64,000 nucleotides of DNA from Candidatus Latescibacterota bacterium. GTDB taxonomy: Bacteria; Latescibacterota; UBA2968; GCA-2709665. How positions within the stretch are numbered: the stretch's first letter is position 1; each line of letters begins with the position of its first letter. The notes under the pieces were generated by a model. That model was not told the DNA's origin and did not search any database. It saw only the letters and a list, made by a program, of their open reading frames with translations. The stretch covers positions 3,040,001 through 3,104,000 of the forward strand of contig OZ242180.1 of NCBI GenBank assembly GCA_965205485.1. Reading direction: 5' to 3'. Positions 52,913 to 63,228 of the stretch are shown here, piece by piece. The position numbers were made by a program, and so were the translations under genes.

Positions 52913-54226
52913 ATGACTGCGATTGTCAGATATTTCCGGTTTGAAGAGAACGGCGCCACCTTCCGCACGGAGGTGATTGGCGGGCTGACGACATTTGTTA
53001 CGATGGCCTATATAGTGGCAGTGAATCCGGGAATGCTGACGGAAGCGCTGGGTAAGGATCTCTTTGGAGAACTGCTGTTTGCAACCTGCATATCAGCGGC
53101 GCTGGCGACCCTGATAATGGGCATCGTCGCGAACTATCCGTTTGCCCTGGCGCCCGGGATGGGATTGAATGCCTTTTTCGCGTATACCGTCGTGTTGGGG
53201 ATGGGCGTGCGTTGGGACCTGGCATTGGGAGTCGTACTTGCGTCGGGCATTCTCTTTACGCTGCTGACGCTGGTGCGGGTGAGGGAGGCCATCATCAACG
53301 CGGTGCCCGATACCGTCAAGCACGCAACGGCGTGCGGTATCGGACTGTTTATTGCATTTATCGGATTGAAGAATGCGGGAATCGTGGCGGCGAATCAGGA
53401 AACGCTGATAACGCTGGGGGAAATCAGGAGCGGGCCGGTGGGGCTTACGCTGCTGGGCGTGTTGGGCACGGGCGTGATGTTGGCAAGAGGCGTAAAGGGA
53501 GCGATATTGTTGGGGATGCTGGGTGTGACGATACTTGGCGTGTTGACGGGCGTGGCGCCTGCGCCTCAGGGATTTTTCAGTCTGCCGGCGTGGCCGGAGC
53601 GGTTGTTCGGCGTCGCGGCCGTCAACCTGACGTCGGCGTTCGACGTCGGCTTGATCGGCGTGGTCCTCGTCTTGCTGTTCGTGGATATGTTCGACACGAT
53701 GGGTACTCTGGTCGGGGTGTCGGGCAGAGCCGGATTCCTGGATGGACGCGGACGGCTGCCACGTGCGAACCGGGCGCTCCTTGCCGATTCATTGGGGACG
53801 GTATTCGGTTCGCTGTTCGGGACTTCGACGGTGACGACATATATCGAAAGCGCATCGGGTATTTCGGCCGGAGCGCGTACCGGTTTCGCGAGTGTCGTGA
53901 CCGGCGCGATGTTTCTGCTGGCCCTGTTCCTGACACCTCTGGTGGAGGCCATACCGCCGTTTGCTACCGCGCCGGCGCTGATCGTGGTGGGGGTGTTGAT
54001 GATGGCATCGGTGGTTAACGTGAAATGGCACGACGTCACGGATGCTTTGCCTGCATTTCTGACAATGATCGCCATGCCGTTGACGTTCAGCATTTCGGAT
54101 GGTCTTGCAATGGGATTCATCGCATTTCCCATTGTAAAGCGTCTGGGAAGACGAGGGGACGAAGTGAACCCCCTGGTGGACCTGCTGGCGGTGATTTTCA
54201 TCGCCAGGTACCTGTTTATGGATTGA
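52913..54226 (+). CDS. NCS2 (AzgA-like) nucleobase permease
   Basis: TTFVTMAYI, ALAPGMGLNAFF, FDTMGTL, TTYIESASG, GARTG, PLTFSISDG. Confidence 0.93.
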   Translation: MTAIVRYFRFEENGATFRTEVIGGLTTFVTMAYIVAVNPGMLTEALGKDLFGELLFATCISAALATLIMGIVANYPFALAPGMGLNAFFAYTVVLGMGVRWDLALGVVLASGILFTLLTLVRVREAIINAVPDTVKHATACGIGLFIAFIGLKNAGIVAANQETLITLGEIRSGPVGLTLLGVLGTGVMLARGVKGAILLGMLGVTILGVLTGVAPAPQGFFSLPAWPERLFGVAAVNLTSAFDVGLIGVVLVLLFVDMFDTMGTLVGVSGRAGFLDGRGRLPRANRALLADSLGTVFGSLFGTSTVTTYIESASGISAGARTGFASVVTGAMFLLALFLTPLVEAIPPFATAPALIVVGVLMMASVVNVKWHDVTDALPAFLTMIAMPLTFSISDGLAMGFIAFPIVKRLGRRGDEVNPLVDLLAVIFIARYLFMD

Positions 54227-54254
54227 GAACATCCGCTTCAAGGATTGCAGGAAT

Positions 54255-56297
54255 ATGCGCATCGGCATCGATATCGGCGGCACTTTCACGGATGTGGTGG
54301 CGGTTGACGAAGACGGCCGTGTCAAACTGTGCAAGTTGCCTTCCACGCCGGAAGATTACGGCAGGGCTATAATAGACGGCGTAAGTCATGTCGTAGGGGG
54401 ATCCGGCTTGCAGGTGAATGAAGTCATTCATGGCACGACCGTGGCGACCAATGCCGTCCTTGGCGGCACGGGCGCCCGCACAGGGCTGATCACAACCCGG
54501 GGATTCCGCGACGTACTCGAAATCGGGCGGCTGCGGATGCCCCGGTTGTACGATCTCTCCTGGGAGAAGCCGAAGCCACTTGTGCCACGTTATCTCCGTC
54601 TGGAGGTGACGGAACGGATTGCGGCCGATGGCCACGTCATGGAACCACTGGATGAGGAGAGTGTTCTTCTCGCGATCGAACGGTTGGTTGAGGAGCGTGT
54701 TGTTTCTATCGCGGTTTGCCTGCTCAACTCGTATGTGAATCCGGATCACGAAATCAGGATAGGTGAGTTGCTGCGTGCGGCCGGGCGATGGACTGTGACG
54801 CTGTCCTCGGAAGTCCTGCCCGAAATCAAGGAATACGAACGGACCAGTACCACAGTAATTAACGCATACGTGATGCCCGTGGTACGGAGCTACCTGAGCG
54901 ATCTTCGCGCACGACTACAAACCCTGAAAATAGATGCTCCGCTGCGGATCATGCAGTCAGGGGGAGGCGTTACCGACGCTGCTACAGCAGTCGAGCGTCC
55001 CGTGCAGATTCTTGAATCCGGGCCAGCCGCGGGCGTGGTTGCCGCCGCGTCGCTGGGGCGTCGCATCGGTTGCATGAATCTGATTGCATTCGATATGGGA
55101 GGGACCACGGCCAAGGCTGCGCTGATCGAAAACGGACAAATATCCCGCATTTCGGACTACGAGGTGGGCGGCGGGTTGTCCGTTGCTGGGAGGTTACTGA
55201 GCGGTGGCGGGTACGCCACCCGGGTACCCAGCATCGATCTGGCCGAGATCGGAGCCGGCGGCGGGAGTATCCTGGAGGTCGACGGCGGTGGAGCGCTTCT
55301 TGTCGGACCGGCCAGCGCAGGAGCGGACCCGGGTCCGGTCTGCTACCGGCGCGGCGGAAAGCGGCCTACCCTTACGGATGCGAATCTGCTGCTTGGATAC
55401 CTGAATCCCGATGGACCGGCTGGGGGTAGCCTTCCTCTGGGCGTCGCGTTGGCACGCAGCGCGATGCGGGAGTGTATCGCGTCCGGGATGAATCTGGGGG
55501 TGGCCGAGGCCGCCCTGGGGGCGCACCGGATCGCGGTTGCGCGCATGGTGAGGGCTGTTCGCGCGGTCTCGTCGGAACGCGGCCGCGACCCCCGGCGGTT
55601 TTCGTTGCTGGCATTCGGCGGGAGCGGTCCTCTGCACGCCGTGGGGATGGCCAGGGCACTCGGCATTCGGAGGATACTTGTGCCGCCCGCGCCCGGCCTG
55701 TTCAGCGCAATCGGTCTGGTCTCGGCAGGATTGCAGTACGATCTGGCACGCACCCGCCTGGGTCAGCTGCTGGAATCGGAACCGGGTGAGCTCCGGTCGG
55801 CATTTGAAGCGATGGCCGGCGAAGCCCTAGAACGACTGCCCGGCTCCGAGATTGAGTATATCGTAGATCTCAGGTACGCTGGGCAGTCCTATGAACTGCC
55901 GATCAGGGCACCCGGCGGGTCGTGGAACCGTGGTACCCTTGTGGACCTGGGGAACGCGTTTGAATCAGAACACGAACGCACGTACGGGCACCGCTCCGAG
56001 ACCGACGCCGTTGAAGTGGTTACCTTGAGGGTTCGCGCGTTTCAGCCCGCCCCGCCGGCGCCGGACGGGAAAGACATTGCCGCGTCCGACAAGAGCGTCG
56101 AAAAATCCGGCAAGAGGCATGCGTATTTCGGGGAGCGTCGAGGATGGGTCGAGACGCCCGTGTTGTCTCGGCATCACCTTGAGGGTTCGCCTGAATCCGG
56201 ACCGCTTATTGTCGAGGACTACGACGCAACCACGCTGGTTCCTCCCGAAGTTCGCGCCCGCCTGGACGAATGGAGGAATATCGTCATCGAGGTGTAA
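54255..56297 (+). CDS. Hydantoinase A / oxoprolinase ATP-binding subunit
   Basis: DIGGTFTD, HGTTVATN, EYER, SGPAAG, DMGGT, IGAGGGS, GADPGP, FGGSG. Confidence 0.93.
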   Translation: MRIGIDIGGTFTDVVAVDEDGRVKLCKLPSTPEDYGRAIIDGVSHVVGGSGLQVNEVIHGTTVATNAVLGGTGARTGLITTRGFRDVLEIGRLRMPRLYDLSWEKPKPLVPRYLRLEVTERIAADGHVMEPLDEESVLLAIERLVEERVVSIAVCLLNSYVNPDHEIRIGELLRAAGRWTVTLSSEVLPEIKEYERTSTTVINAYVMPVVRSYLSDLRARLQTLKIDAPLRIMQSGGGVTDAATAVERPVQILESGPAAGVVAAASLGRRIGCMNLIAFDMGGTTAKAALIENGQISRISDYEVGGGLSVAGRLLSGGGYATRVPSIDLAEIGAGGGSILEVDGGGALLVGPASAGADPGPVCYRRGGKRPTLTDANLLLGYLNPDGPAGGSLPLGVALARSAMRECIASGMNLGVAEAALGAHRIAVARMVRAVRAVSSERGRDPRRFSLLAFGGSGPLHAVGMARALGIRRILVPPAPGLFSAIGLVSAGLQYDLARTRLGQLLESEPGELRSAFEAMAGEALERLPGSEIEYIVDLRYAGQSYELPIRAPGGSWNRGTLVDLGNAFESEHERTYGHRSETDAVEVVTLRVRAFQPAPPAPDGKDIAASDKSVEKSGKRHAYFGERRGWVETPVLSRHHLEGSPESGPLIVEDYDATTLVPPEVRARLDEWRNIVIEV

Positions 56298-56387
56298 TGA
56301 CGGTGGCTTTTGCGAAGTGACCTTCTACACAAGCGGGTGGTCCCAGTGACCGCCCGCGCTGTTTTTTCGATTTGAGACGGCGCGCGT

Positions 56388-58115
56388 TCAGCGCCGGTTG
56401 CATTGGAAACGCGATCGAAGCCGGCGCGTCTGCGCAATGTCGATGTCCATCGTGTCGGGTACTACGGCGACGGCGTAGTTCTGTCTGGCGGAACGGATCG
56501 AGACTTTGCCGTTTCTCACGTCGTCAAGGACGTGTCGAGGGTCCCTCTCCTGCGGGCTTCCCCAGCCGCCGGCGCCTGCGAGTACGTGCCGCAGGGTGTC
56601 CCCTCTCTTCAGGTTGAGCAGCGTCTTTGCGGGCAGTTTCCGGGCTTCGGCGTGAGGGTTCAGGATGTTGCTGGATGGGGACCCCGGCTTTCCGCCCGAC
56701 AGGCCGTAGGCCCGCGAGTTGTGACGATCCGAGCGGATCTGCAGGGTCGCGAGTGTTTCCGTAAACCGGTATTCACGCACGATCGAGCAGGAACCTCGGT
56801 ATTTGCCGGCGCCGCCGGTGTCGGGCAGGAACCCGTATTCCAGGATCTGGATCGGATATTCTGCTTCAACAACTTCGGCGGGGTTGTTGGAAAAATTGAC
56901 CACAATACTGGCGCACCCGTCAACTCCGTCCCTGTCCGGCCGGCCGCCCCAGCCGCAGAATAGAAACTCGAGAAAGACAAAGGGGGTCCGGTCGGTACGG
57001 TATCCCCCAATGGAGATTCCCGTGTCTCCTCCGACTTCGCAGGCGGGCACGATATGCGGCGCCAACGGGGCGAGCGCGCCCATAATCGCATTGGCCAGTC
57101 GAAAGCCGGTGAGGCCGCGGGCGGCTACGGGAGCGGGCGGTACCGGGTTGGCAATCGTCGCGGAGGGGATGCGGACGTCAATTGCACGGAAGAAGCCGGA
57201 GTTGGTGGGGATGTCCGCGCGCATGAGACAGCGCAGACAGGCGTAGACCGCCGACCTGGTGAATGAAGCGACACAGTTGATGGCCCCCTTGACCTGGGGC
57301 GCGGTACCGCTGAAGTCCACCGACAGCGCGCTGCCGGCTACCTCGACTGTGACGGCGATTGGGATCTCATCAGGGTCGATACCGTCGTCGTCGAGTACGT
57401 CCGTAAACGTGAAGCGCCCGTCCGGGAGCGCTTCGATTTCTGCGCGCGTGAGGCGTTCGGCGTAATTCAGAAGTTCGGAAAATCCGCTCTGGAGGCGATC
57501 GTAACCCTCTTCCACGGCCAGTGCGGCGACCGCTCTTTCGCCGATGTGGCAGGCGGACAACTGGGCGCGGAGGTCGCCCATCGTGTTTTGGGGGACGCGG
57601 ACGTTCCGCTCGATCACGTCGAAGATGGCCTGCAGCGGTCGGCCGGCGGCGTAGAGTTTGAGCGGCGGAATGCGGAGGCCTTCCTGAAAGATCTCCGTGG
57701 AGTCGCAGGCGTTTCCCCCTGCGACCCGGCCGCCGATGTCGGTATGATGCGCGATGGCGGTCGTGAATCCAAGCAGGCGGGAGTCGACGAAAACAGGTTT
57801 GTAAACGTAGATGTCAGGCAGGTGAGTGCCACCTTCATACGGATCGTTGAGCAGAAAGACATCCCCTTCGTCGATGGCGTCGCCGTACCGGCTCAGGACG
57901 GCGGCAAGACCGTCCGGCAGGCTTCCCAGATGCAAGGGAAGACAGAGGCCCTGTGCGACCAGCCGGCCGTCGGGATCGCAGAAGCCTGTGGAAAAGTCCA
58001 TCGAGTTTCTGAGAATGGTTGAATAGGCCGTGCGAACGACGGTGAGCGCCATGTCGTCCACGATGGATTCCAGCCTGTTCTTGAGGAGTTGGAGTTCGAC
58101 GGCTGTGTATGTCAT
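56388..58115 (-). CDS. Hydantoinase B / oxoprolinase subunit
   Basis: RTAYS, NDPYEGGTHLPD, HHTDIGG, EGLRIPP, GGAGKYRG, GAGGWG. Confidence 0.93.
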   Translation of the reverse strand: MTYTAVELQLLKNRLESIVDDMALTVVRTAYSTILRNSMDFSTGFCDPDGRLVAQGLCLPLHLGSLPDGLAAVLSRYGDAIDEGDVFLLNDPYEGGTHLPDIYVYKPVFVDSRLLGFTTAIAHHTDIGGRVAGGNACDSTEIFQEGLRIPPLKLYAAGRPLQAIFDVIERNVRVPQNTMGDLRAQLSACHIGERAVAALAVEEGYDRLQSGFSELLNYAERLTRAEIEALPDGRFTFTDVLDDDGIDPDEIPIAVTVEVAGSALSVDFSGTAPQVKGAINCVASFTRSAVYACLRCLMRADIPTNSGFFRAIDVRIPSATIANPVPPAPVAARGLTGFRLANAIMGALAPLAPHIVPACEVGGDTGISIGGYRTDRTPFVFLEFLFCGWGGRPDRDGVDGCASIVVNFSNNPAEVVEAEYPIQILEYGFLPDTGGAGKYRGSCSIVREYRFTETLATLQIRSDRHNSRAYGLSGGKPGSPSSNILNPHAEARKLPAKTLLNLKRGDTLRHVLAGAGGWGSPQERDPRHVLDDVRNGKVSIRSARQNYAVAVVPDTMDIDIAQTRRLRSRFQCNRR

Positions 58116-58174
58116 AGGCAATGGACGGTGAAGCGCGAGCCGGACCTGCGGGGCTCTGGACGATGGCGGATAGA

Positions 58175-59362
58175 CTACAGCGGCGGCCGGTAGCTGACGG
58201 ATGGAGGGTCGGCTTCCGGAATTTGAAGTGTGTCCCAGAAATCTGTCCGGGTAAACGGAACCCGTCTCAGGTCTGGAATCGCAATGGGTGTACCGCCCAG
58301 ATCCGCGGAACGTGCAGCGATGATGCCCGGCAGGGCATATTCGATTGCGCGGTAGACGTCAATCGAAGAGGGTCGGTCTTTAAGCAGGTTGTCCGTAAAT
58401 TGCCCGGCGACTTTCAGATCCGTTCCCCCGTGGCCGCCTGTCGCATCGTCCACGGCGGACCTGCTGACCGGCAGAACCCTCCAGCCTTCCTTGTGACTGC
58501 AGCCGCTATCGAAGTAACGGGTGCATTCTTCGTAAGTAAACATCTCCGCGCTGCCTTCGGTTCCGAAGAGCCTGTAGCGGTGCTCGGAGGGTCGAATCGT
58601 GTTGAGGGTGACCATGATTTTAATGAGTGTGCCCTTCTGCGTGTGAAACAGGGCGATCTGACCGTCGGATCTCAACGGCGCCTCCATGCAGCGCCAGGGC
58701 GCGCTCAGACAGGTCACTGAAATGGCGCGGTCGTCCAGGATCTCCAGAAGCGGGCCCAGGTCGTGGGTCAGATACTGGATCGGAGGCTGGTCTGCCCGCC
58801 ATATCGGTTTCGCATTCACGGCTCCGGCGGACCGTGCCTCGTTCGGCGACAGGCGCTTCCCGTCAGGCGTGAAGAGCGTCTCGGGCAGGTAGTGAAGGTA
58901 TTCGGCTTCAGCGATGGAGACGGGTCCGAAGCGGTCTTCCAGGATCCACTTGCGCCAATACGGCACAAATCCGGCGTAACACGCGTTTTCGGCAAGCATA
59001 TATGTCATTCCGGTGCGTTCCACGGTGTCACGAAGGCGTATCAGCTCGTGTTCCGTGTCTGCGCCCGGGACTTCCGAGAGAACGTGACAGCCGGCTTCCA
59101 GTGCCATGCAGGCGTGCTCGACCTGGCGTCGGCCGTTGCTGGCGACCACGACGGCGTCCGGCTTGCGTTCCAGTAGATCGTCATATTCTACCAGGAGTTC
59201 GGTCGACGAGCCATGGCTGTCCACGAGTGCGCGTGCCTGATCGCGGTAATAGGGGAAACGGTCGCAGGCGGCAACGACTTCGGCCTGATCCAGCGCCAGG
59301 AAGTTGCGAAGATGGGCAACGCCCCGCCGCAGACCAAGAATGCCGACTCTGATTTTCTCCAT
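58175..59362 (-). CDS. Gfo/Idh/MocA family oxidoreductase
   Basis: IRVGILG, DAVVVAS, HVLSEVP, YLTH, GHGG.D. Confidence 0.88.
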   Translation of the reverse strand: MEKIRVGILGLRRGVAHLRNFLALDQAEVVAACDRFPYYRDQARALVDSHGSSTELLVEYDDLLERKPDAVVVASNGRRQVEHACMALEAGCHVLSEVPGADTEHELIRLRDTVERTGMTYMLAENACYAGFVPYWRKWILEDRFGPVSIAEAEYLHYLPETLFTPDGKRLSPNEARSAGAVNAKPIWRADQPPIQYLTHDLGPLLEILDDRAISVTCLSAPWRCMEAPLRSDGQIALFHTQKGTLIKIMVTLNTIRPSEHRYRLFGTEGSAEMFTYEECTRYFDSGCSHKEGWRVLPVSRSAVDDATGGHGGTDLKVAGQFTDNLLKDRPSSIDVYRAIEYALPGIIAARSADLGGTPIAIPDLRRVPFTRTDFWDTLQIPEADPPSVSYRPPL

Positions 59363-59804
59363 CGTACGATTTCCCGGGTAACGCGGCTTGCGACTGCATC
59401 ATGATTGGTACAAGCGGGGCCGAACGCAATGGACGGCGATGCGGTTCCGGAAGCGGATTTCCACGCGCACGGCGGACTTCCTTTCCGGCTAATATATGGA
59501 AGAGATCACGGATGTCATTGTAAAAATCGGGGGAACGATTTGGAGACACGGTCGTTCTAAATGGTGTAGCGCGAGGGACGGGCGGCAGATGTCCTTGAAT
59601 AGAAACGCGTTCAATGTGGCCATTGAGTTTTTCCCGCAGAAGTCTTGCGGGAGCGGGGTGGGGGCGGTAAAATCCCGGCGGCCGACCCCCACCCCATCGT
59701 CGTTGTACGATCTTGAAAAACGCCGTCAGACAGAGATGTAGCGGGCGGTGACGCAGGCGTCGTCGTCGGCCGCCGCATCTCACGCTCATGTAAGGAGGTC
59801 CATT

Positions 59805-62800
59805 ATGATTTGGCGCCACTTGACGTCAGCGATTCTCATCAGTCTGTTCGCGTTTGGCATGGCGAACGGGCAGGAGTATTTCGGCAAGAACAAGGTGACG
59901 TATGACGATTACGACTGGCATTTTCTGGAGACGGAGCATTTCAAGGTCTATTTCGACAAGGCGTCGCAGCCTGCGGCGGAGTTTGCGGCGAAGGAGGCGG
60001 AGCGATCGCTGGTGCGTCTGGAGAAGGACTTGAAGTATACGCTGAAGGACCGCTATCCGATCGTGATCTACAACTCCCACAACGGGTTTTCGGTGACGAA
60101 CATCCTGCCGACGGAGCAGTCGGAGTTCACGGGCGGTTTTACGGAGTTCGCGCAGGGTCGGGTGGTGATCCCGTATACGGGGTCGTATGCCGATTTCCGT
60201 CACGTGATCCACCACGAGCTGGCGCACGTGGTGACGCTGGAGATGTGGACGGGCGGGGGATGGCTGGGTGCGATGATGACGCAGACGGCGTCGCTGCCGC
60301 CGCTGTGGATCGCGGAAGGGGTGGCGGAGTATCTGTCGCAGGGGGGCTGGGACCGTGAGGCCGACAATTTCATGCGTCACGCGACGATCACGGGCTTTGT
60401 GCCGGGGATGATGTCGTTGAGCGGCGCGTTCGCGTATAAGGGGGGACAGTCCGTCTTCGTGATGATCGAGGAGGAGTATGGCAAGGACAAGGTGGCGGAG
60501 TTCATCTCTTCGTTCCGTTCGGCGCGGTCCGTTGACAAGGCGCTGAAGGCGTCGGTGGGCGAGGGTGTGGAGGAGCTGGACGAGAAGTGGCAGTTGTGGC
60601 TGAAGCGTCAGTATTGGAACGAGATCAACCTGCACCATCCGTCGGAGGAAGTGGCGAAGCAGTTGACGGAGGCGGGCGCGGGCCGTGGCTTTTACAACAT
60701 CGCGCCGTCGTTTTCACCGCAGGGCGACAAGATCGCGTATGTGACGGAGCGTCAGGGCACGTTCGACATCTATCTGATGTCGGCGATCGACGGACAGGAC
60801 CTGGGCCGGCTGGTGGAGGGGGAGCGCTCGTCGGACTTCGAGGGGTTGTTCGTGCTGCGGCCTGGCATCACGTGGTCGCCGGACGGGAAGCAGATCGCGT
60901 TTGCGGCGAAGTCGCGCAACAAGAACACGCTGTATACGCTGGACGTGCGTAAGAAGCGTGTGACGAAGCGGTTCAAGTTCGATCTGGACGGGTTGTTCGA
61001 GCCCACGTGGTCGCCGGACGGGAAGCAGATCGCGATCGTGGGGTTGAAGGACGGGTGGTCGGACGTGTATGTGGTGGACGTGGGTGACGAGCGTCTGCGG
61101 CGGATGACGCGTGATCCGTATGACGAGAAGCACCTGGACTGGTCGCCGGACGGGAAATGGATCGCGATCAGTTCGGACCGGCCGTCGGCGGACCTTTCGT
61201 ATGACGGGTCTAAGGACTTCGAGTTCGGGGTGTATGACGTGTTCGTGCTGAAGGCGGACGGGAGCGAGATCCGACGGGTGGTGGAAAGCGACGTGAACGA
61301 CAGTCATCCCACGTGGGGGCCGGACTCGCAGACGCTGGCGTTCGTGTCGGACAGGACGGGCGTGGGCAACATCTACATCACGCGCGTGGACGGCACGCAG
61401 ATGTATCCGATCAGCAATCTGTTGTCGGGGGCGCGGTATATCGACTGGAGCGCGGACGGCAGGAAGCTGGCGTTCACGACGTTCCACCGCGGGGGTTATG
61501 ACATCTTCGTGATGAAGGACCCGCGCAAGCAGAAGCGGGGGATGGAGGACCTGCCGCTGACGCGTTACGCGAAGCGGCTGGCAGGCATCGAGGACCGTCC
61601 GTTCGTGGAGCTGCAGCGCGAGCGGCGGCAGGAGCAGAGGGCGGTTGCGGAGGCGGATGCGGACAGCGGGGGTGTGGCCGCGAGGGAAGACACGGCGGCG
61701 GTGGTTGCGGCGGCGGACAGGAAGGTGGAGACGTGGATGTCGGACCAGATGGCGCTGGCAGCCGCGGAGGCGCGCGGCGACGACGAGGAGGCGGCAGGGG
61801 CGGATACGCTGGCGGCGGACGGCGACAGGGAGCTGACGCTGCGCGACTGGAACCGGGAGTTCACGGTGAACAAGTACCGCGTGAAGCTCAAACCGGAGTC
61901 CTTCGGGGCCAACGCGGGCTTCGACACGTTCTACGGCGTGAGCAGCCTCCTGCAACTGTCGCTGACGGACGTGATGGGCGACCACCGCGTCGTCATACAG
62001 ACCGGGCTGAGCTTCTCCCTCAAGGACAGCGACCTCTTCCTGGGATACCAGAACCTCAAGCACCAGACCAACTACTATCTCAGCGCACTGCATACCCGAA
62101 ACTTCTTCATTTCAAACGGTCAGGTCGTGGCTGATCGAATCCTGGGCGGCGGGGCTGTCTTCCAGCGGCCGTTCAATCGATTTACACGGCTCGAAACGAG
62201 CATGCAGGCGATAAGCATCTCGCGCGAAAACCTCGGCTCATATCAGAGCCAATACCTCCGCGGAGGCTATACCGGCAGGGTCATCCGGGGGAGCGGTACG
62301 CCGGTTTCCAGCAACAAAGCCGTAATCAACAGCCTGGAACTCGTCGACGACAATGCGTTGTATTCCCTTTACGGACCCACGAAGGGAAGACGGGCGAGGT
62401 TGTCCGTAAGGGGTAGTTGGGCGGGAATGCGGTACGGGACGGTGCAGGCCGACTACAGAAAGTATATTCCAATGCTGGACGAGTACACGTTCGCCGTTCG
62501 TATGTCCGGCGGCACGAGTTTCGGCAGGAACAGCCAGGTCTTTTTCCTGGGTGGGGTGAACAATTCAATCAATCCGAATTTTGCCACGTTCGCGTCAGTC
62601 GACCGGCAGCGCATCTTTTTCTCCAGCTTTGTATGGCCCCTGCGCGGGGCCGACGTGTTTGAGATGGCCGGGGACTCGTATGTGCTGGCCAACGTCGCAT
62701 TTCGTTTCCCGCTGCTTAGACAGCTGGCGTTGGGCTGGCCGCTTCCCCTGTTCTTCCAGAATGTACAGGGTGAACTCTTCCTGGACGCGGGAAGCGCGTT

Positions 62801-62999
62801 CAATCGAGACAGTTTTGAACCGTGGGAAGCCCGGGACGGCGGGTTCGAGCTCCGGGACCTGAAAGCGGGCTATGGGCTGGGTGTCCGCGTAAACATGGGG
62901 CTGGCGCTTTTTCGCTACGACCTGGCGTGGCCCACCGATTTTGCGGAAACGGGCCATCCCAAGCAATATTTCTCGATCGATTTCACCGGATTGTTTTAG
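59805..62999 (+). CDS. Secreted gluzincin peptidase-like + PD40 beta-propeller + Omp85/BamA barrel protein
   Basis: Signal peptide, YFGKNKV, HELAH..WIAEGVAEY, repeated WSPDG, FFLGG, PLRG, LFLDAG, GYGLGVR, terminal Phe. Confidence 0.88.
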   Translation: MIWRHLTSAILISLFAFGMANGQEYFGKNKVTYDDYDWHFLETEHFKVYFDKASQPAAEFAAKEAERSLVRLEKDLKYTLKDRYPIVIYNSHNGFSVTNILPTEQSEFTGGFTEFAQGRVVIPYTGSYADFRHVIHHELAHVVTLEMWTGGGWLGAMMTQTASLPPLWIAEGVAEYLSQGGWDREADNFMRHATITGFVPGMMSLSGAFAYKGGQSVFVMIEEEYGKDKVAEFISSFRSARSVDKALKASVGEGVEELDEKWQLWLKRQYWNEINLHHPSEEVAKQLTEAGAGRGFYNIAPSFSPQGDKIAYVTERQGTFDIYLMSAIDGQDLGRLVEGERSSDFEGLFVLRPGITWSPDGKQIAFAAKSRNKNTLYTLDVRKKRVTKRFKFDLDGLFEPTWSPDGKQIAIVGLKDGWSDVYVVDVGDERLRRMTRDPYDEKHLDWSPDGKWIAISSDRPSADLSYDGSKDFEFGVYDVFVLKADGSEIRRVVESDVNDSHPTWGPDSQTLAFVSDRTGVGNIYITRVDGTQMYPISNLLSGARYIDWSADGRKLAFTTFHRGGYDIFVMKDPRKQKRGMEDLPLTRYAKRLAGIEDRPFVELQRERRQEQRAVAEADADSGGVAAREDTAAVVAAADRKVETWMSDQMALAAAEARGDDEEAAGADTLAADGDRELTLRDWNREFTVNKYRVKLKPESFGANAGFDTFYGVSSLLQLSLTDVMGDHRVVIQTGLSFSLKDSDLFLGYQNLKHQTNYYLSALHTRNFFISNGQVVADRILGGGAVFQRPFNRFTRLETSMQAISISRENLGSYQSQYLRGGYTGRVIRGSGTPVSSNKAVINSLELVDDNALYSLYGPTKGRRARLSVRGSWAGMRYGTVQADYRKYIPMLDEYTFAVRMSGGTSFGRNSQVFFLGGVNNSINPNFATFASVDRQRIFFSSFVWPLRGADVFEMAGDSYVLANVAFRFPLLRQLALGWPLPLFFQNVQGELFLDAGSAFNRDSFEPWEARDGGFELRDLKAGYGLGVRVNMGLALFRYDLAWPTDFAETGHPKQYFSIDFTGLF

Positions 63000-63159
63000 C
63001 AGCCCGTTGAAAAAGCCCATCCGGTCTACGGCCGGCCCTTGCGGTCGAAATACTGCGTTGCGCTCCCTCGCCGAATCGCAGGATGGGACTCGGTCGCGCG
63101 CCTTGTCTTCGGCCACAATGGCTCGGCCTCGCCTGCAGAGCGACTTTATCAACGGACTG
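63000..63159. mobile_element. 160-bp MITE, copy 2
   Basis: Same length and near-identical to 19279-19438; preceded by TTAG (the gene stop). Confidence 0.85.
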
Positions 63160-63228
63160 CTGGCGCAACGGTTCAGTCAGCGCACCTTGAGGTCGAAGGG
63201 TTGTGCGTTTCGGAAAAAGAGACGCAAG

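Noticed and set aside
59655..59695. GC-rich hairpin upstream of the Omp85 gene as a riboswitch
   Set aside because: Single stem with no recognisable aptamer motif or U-tract
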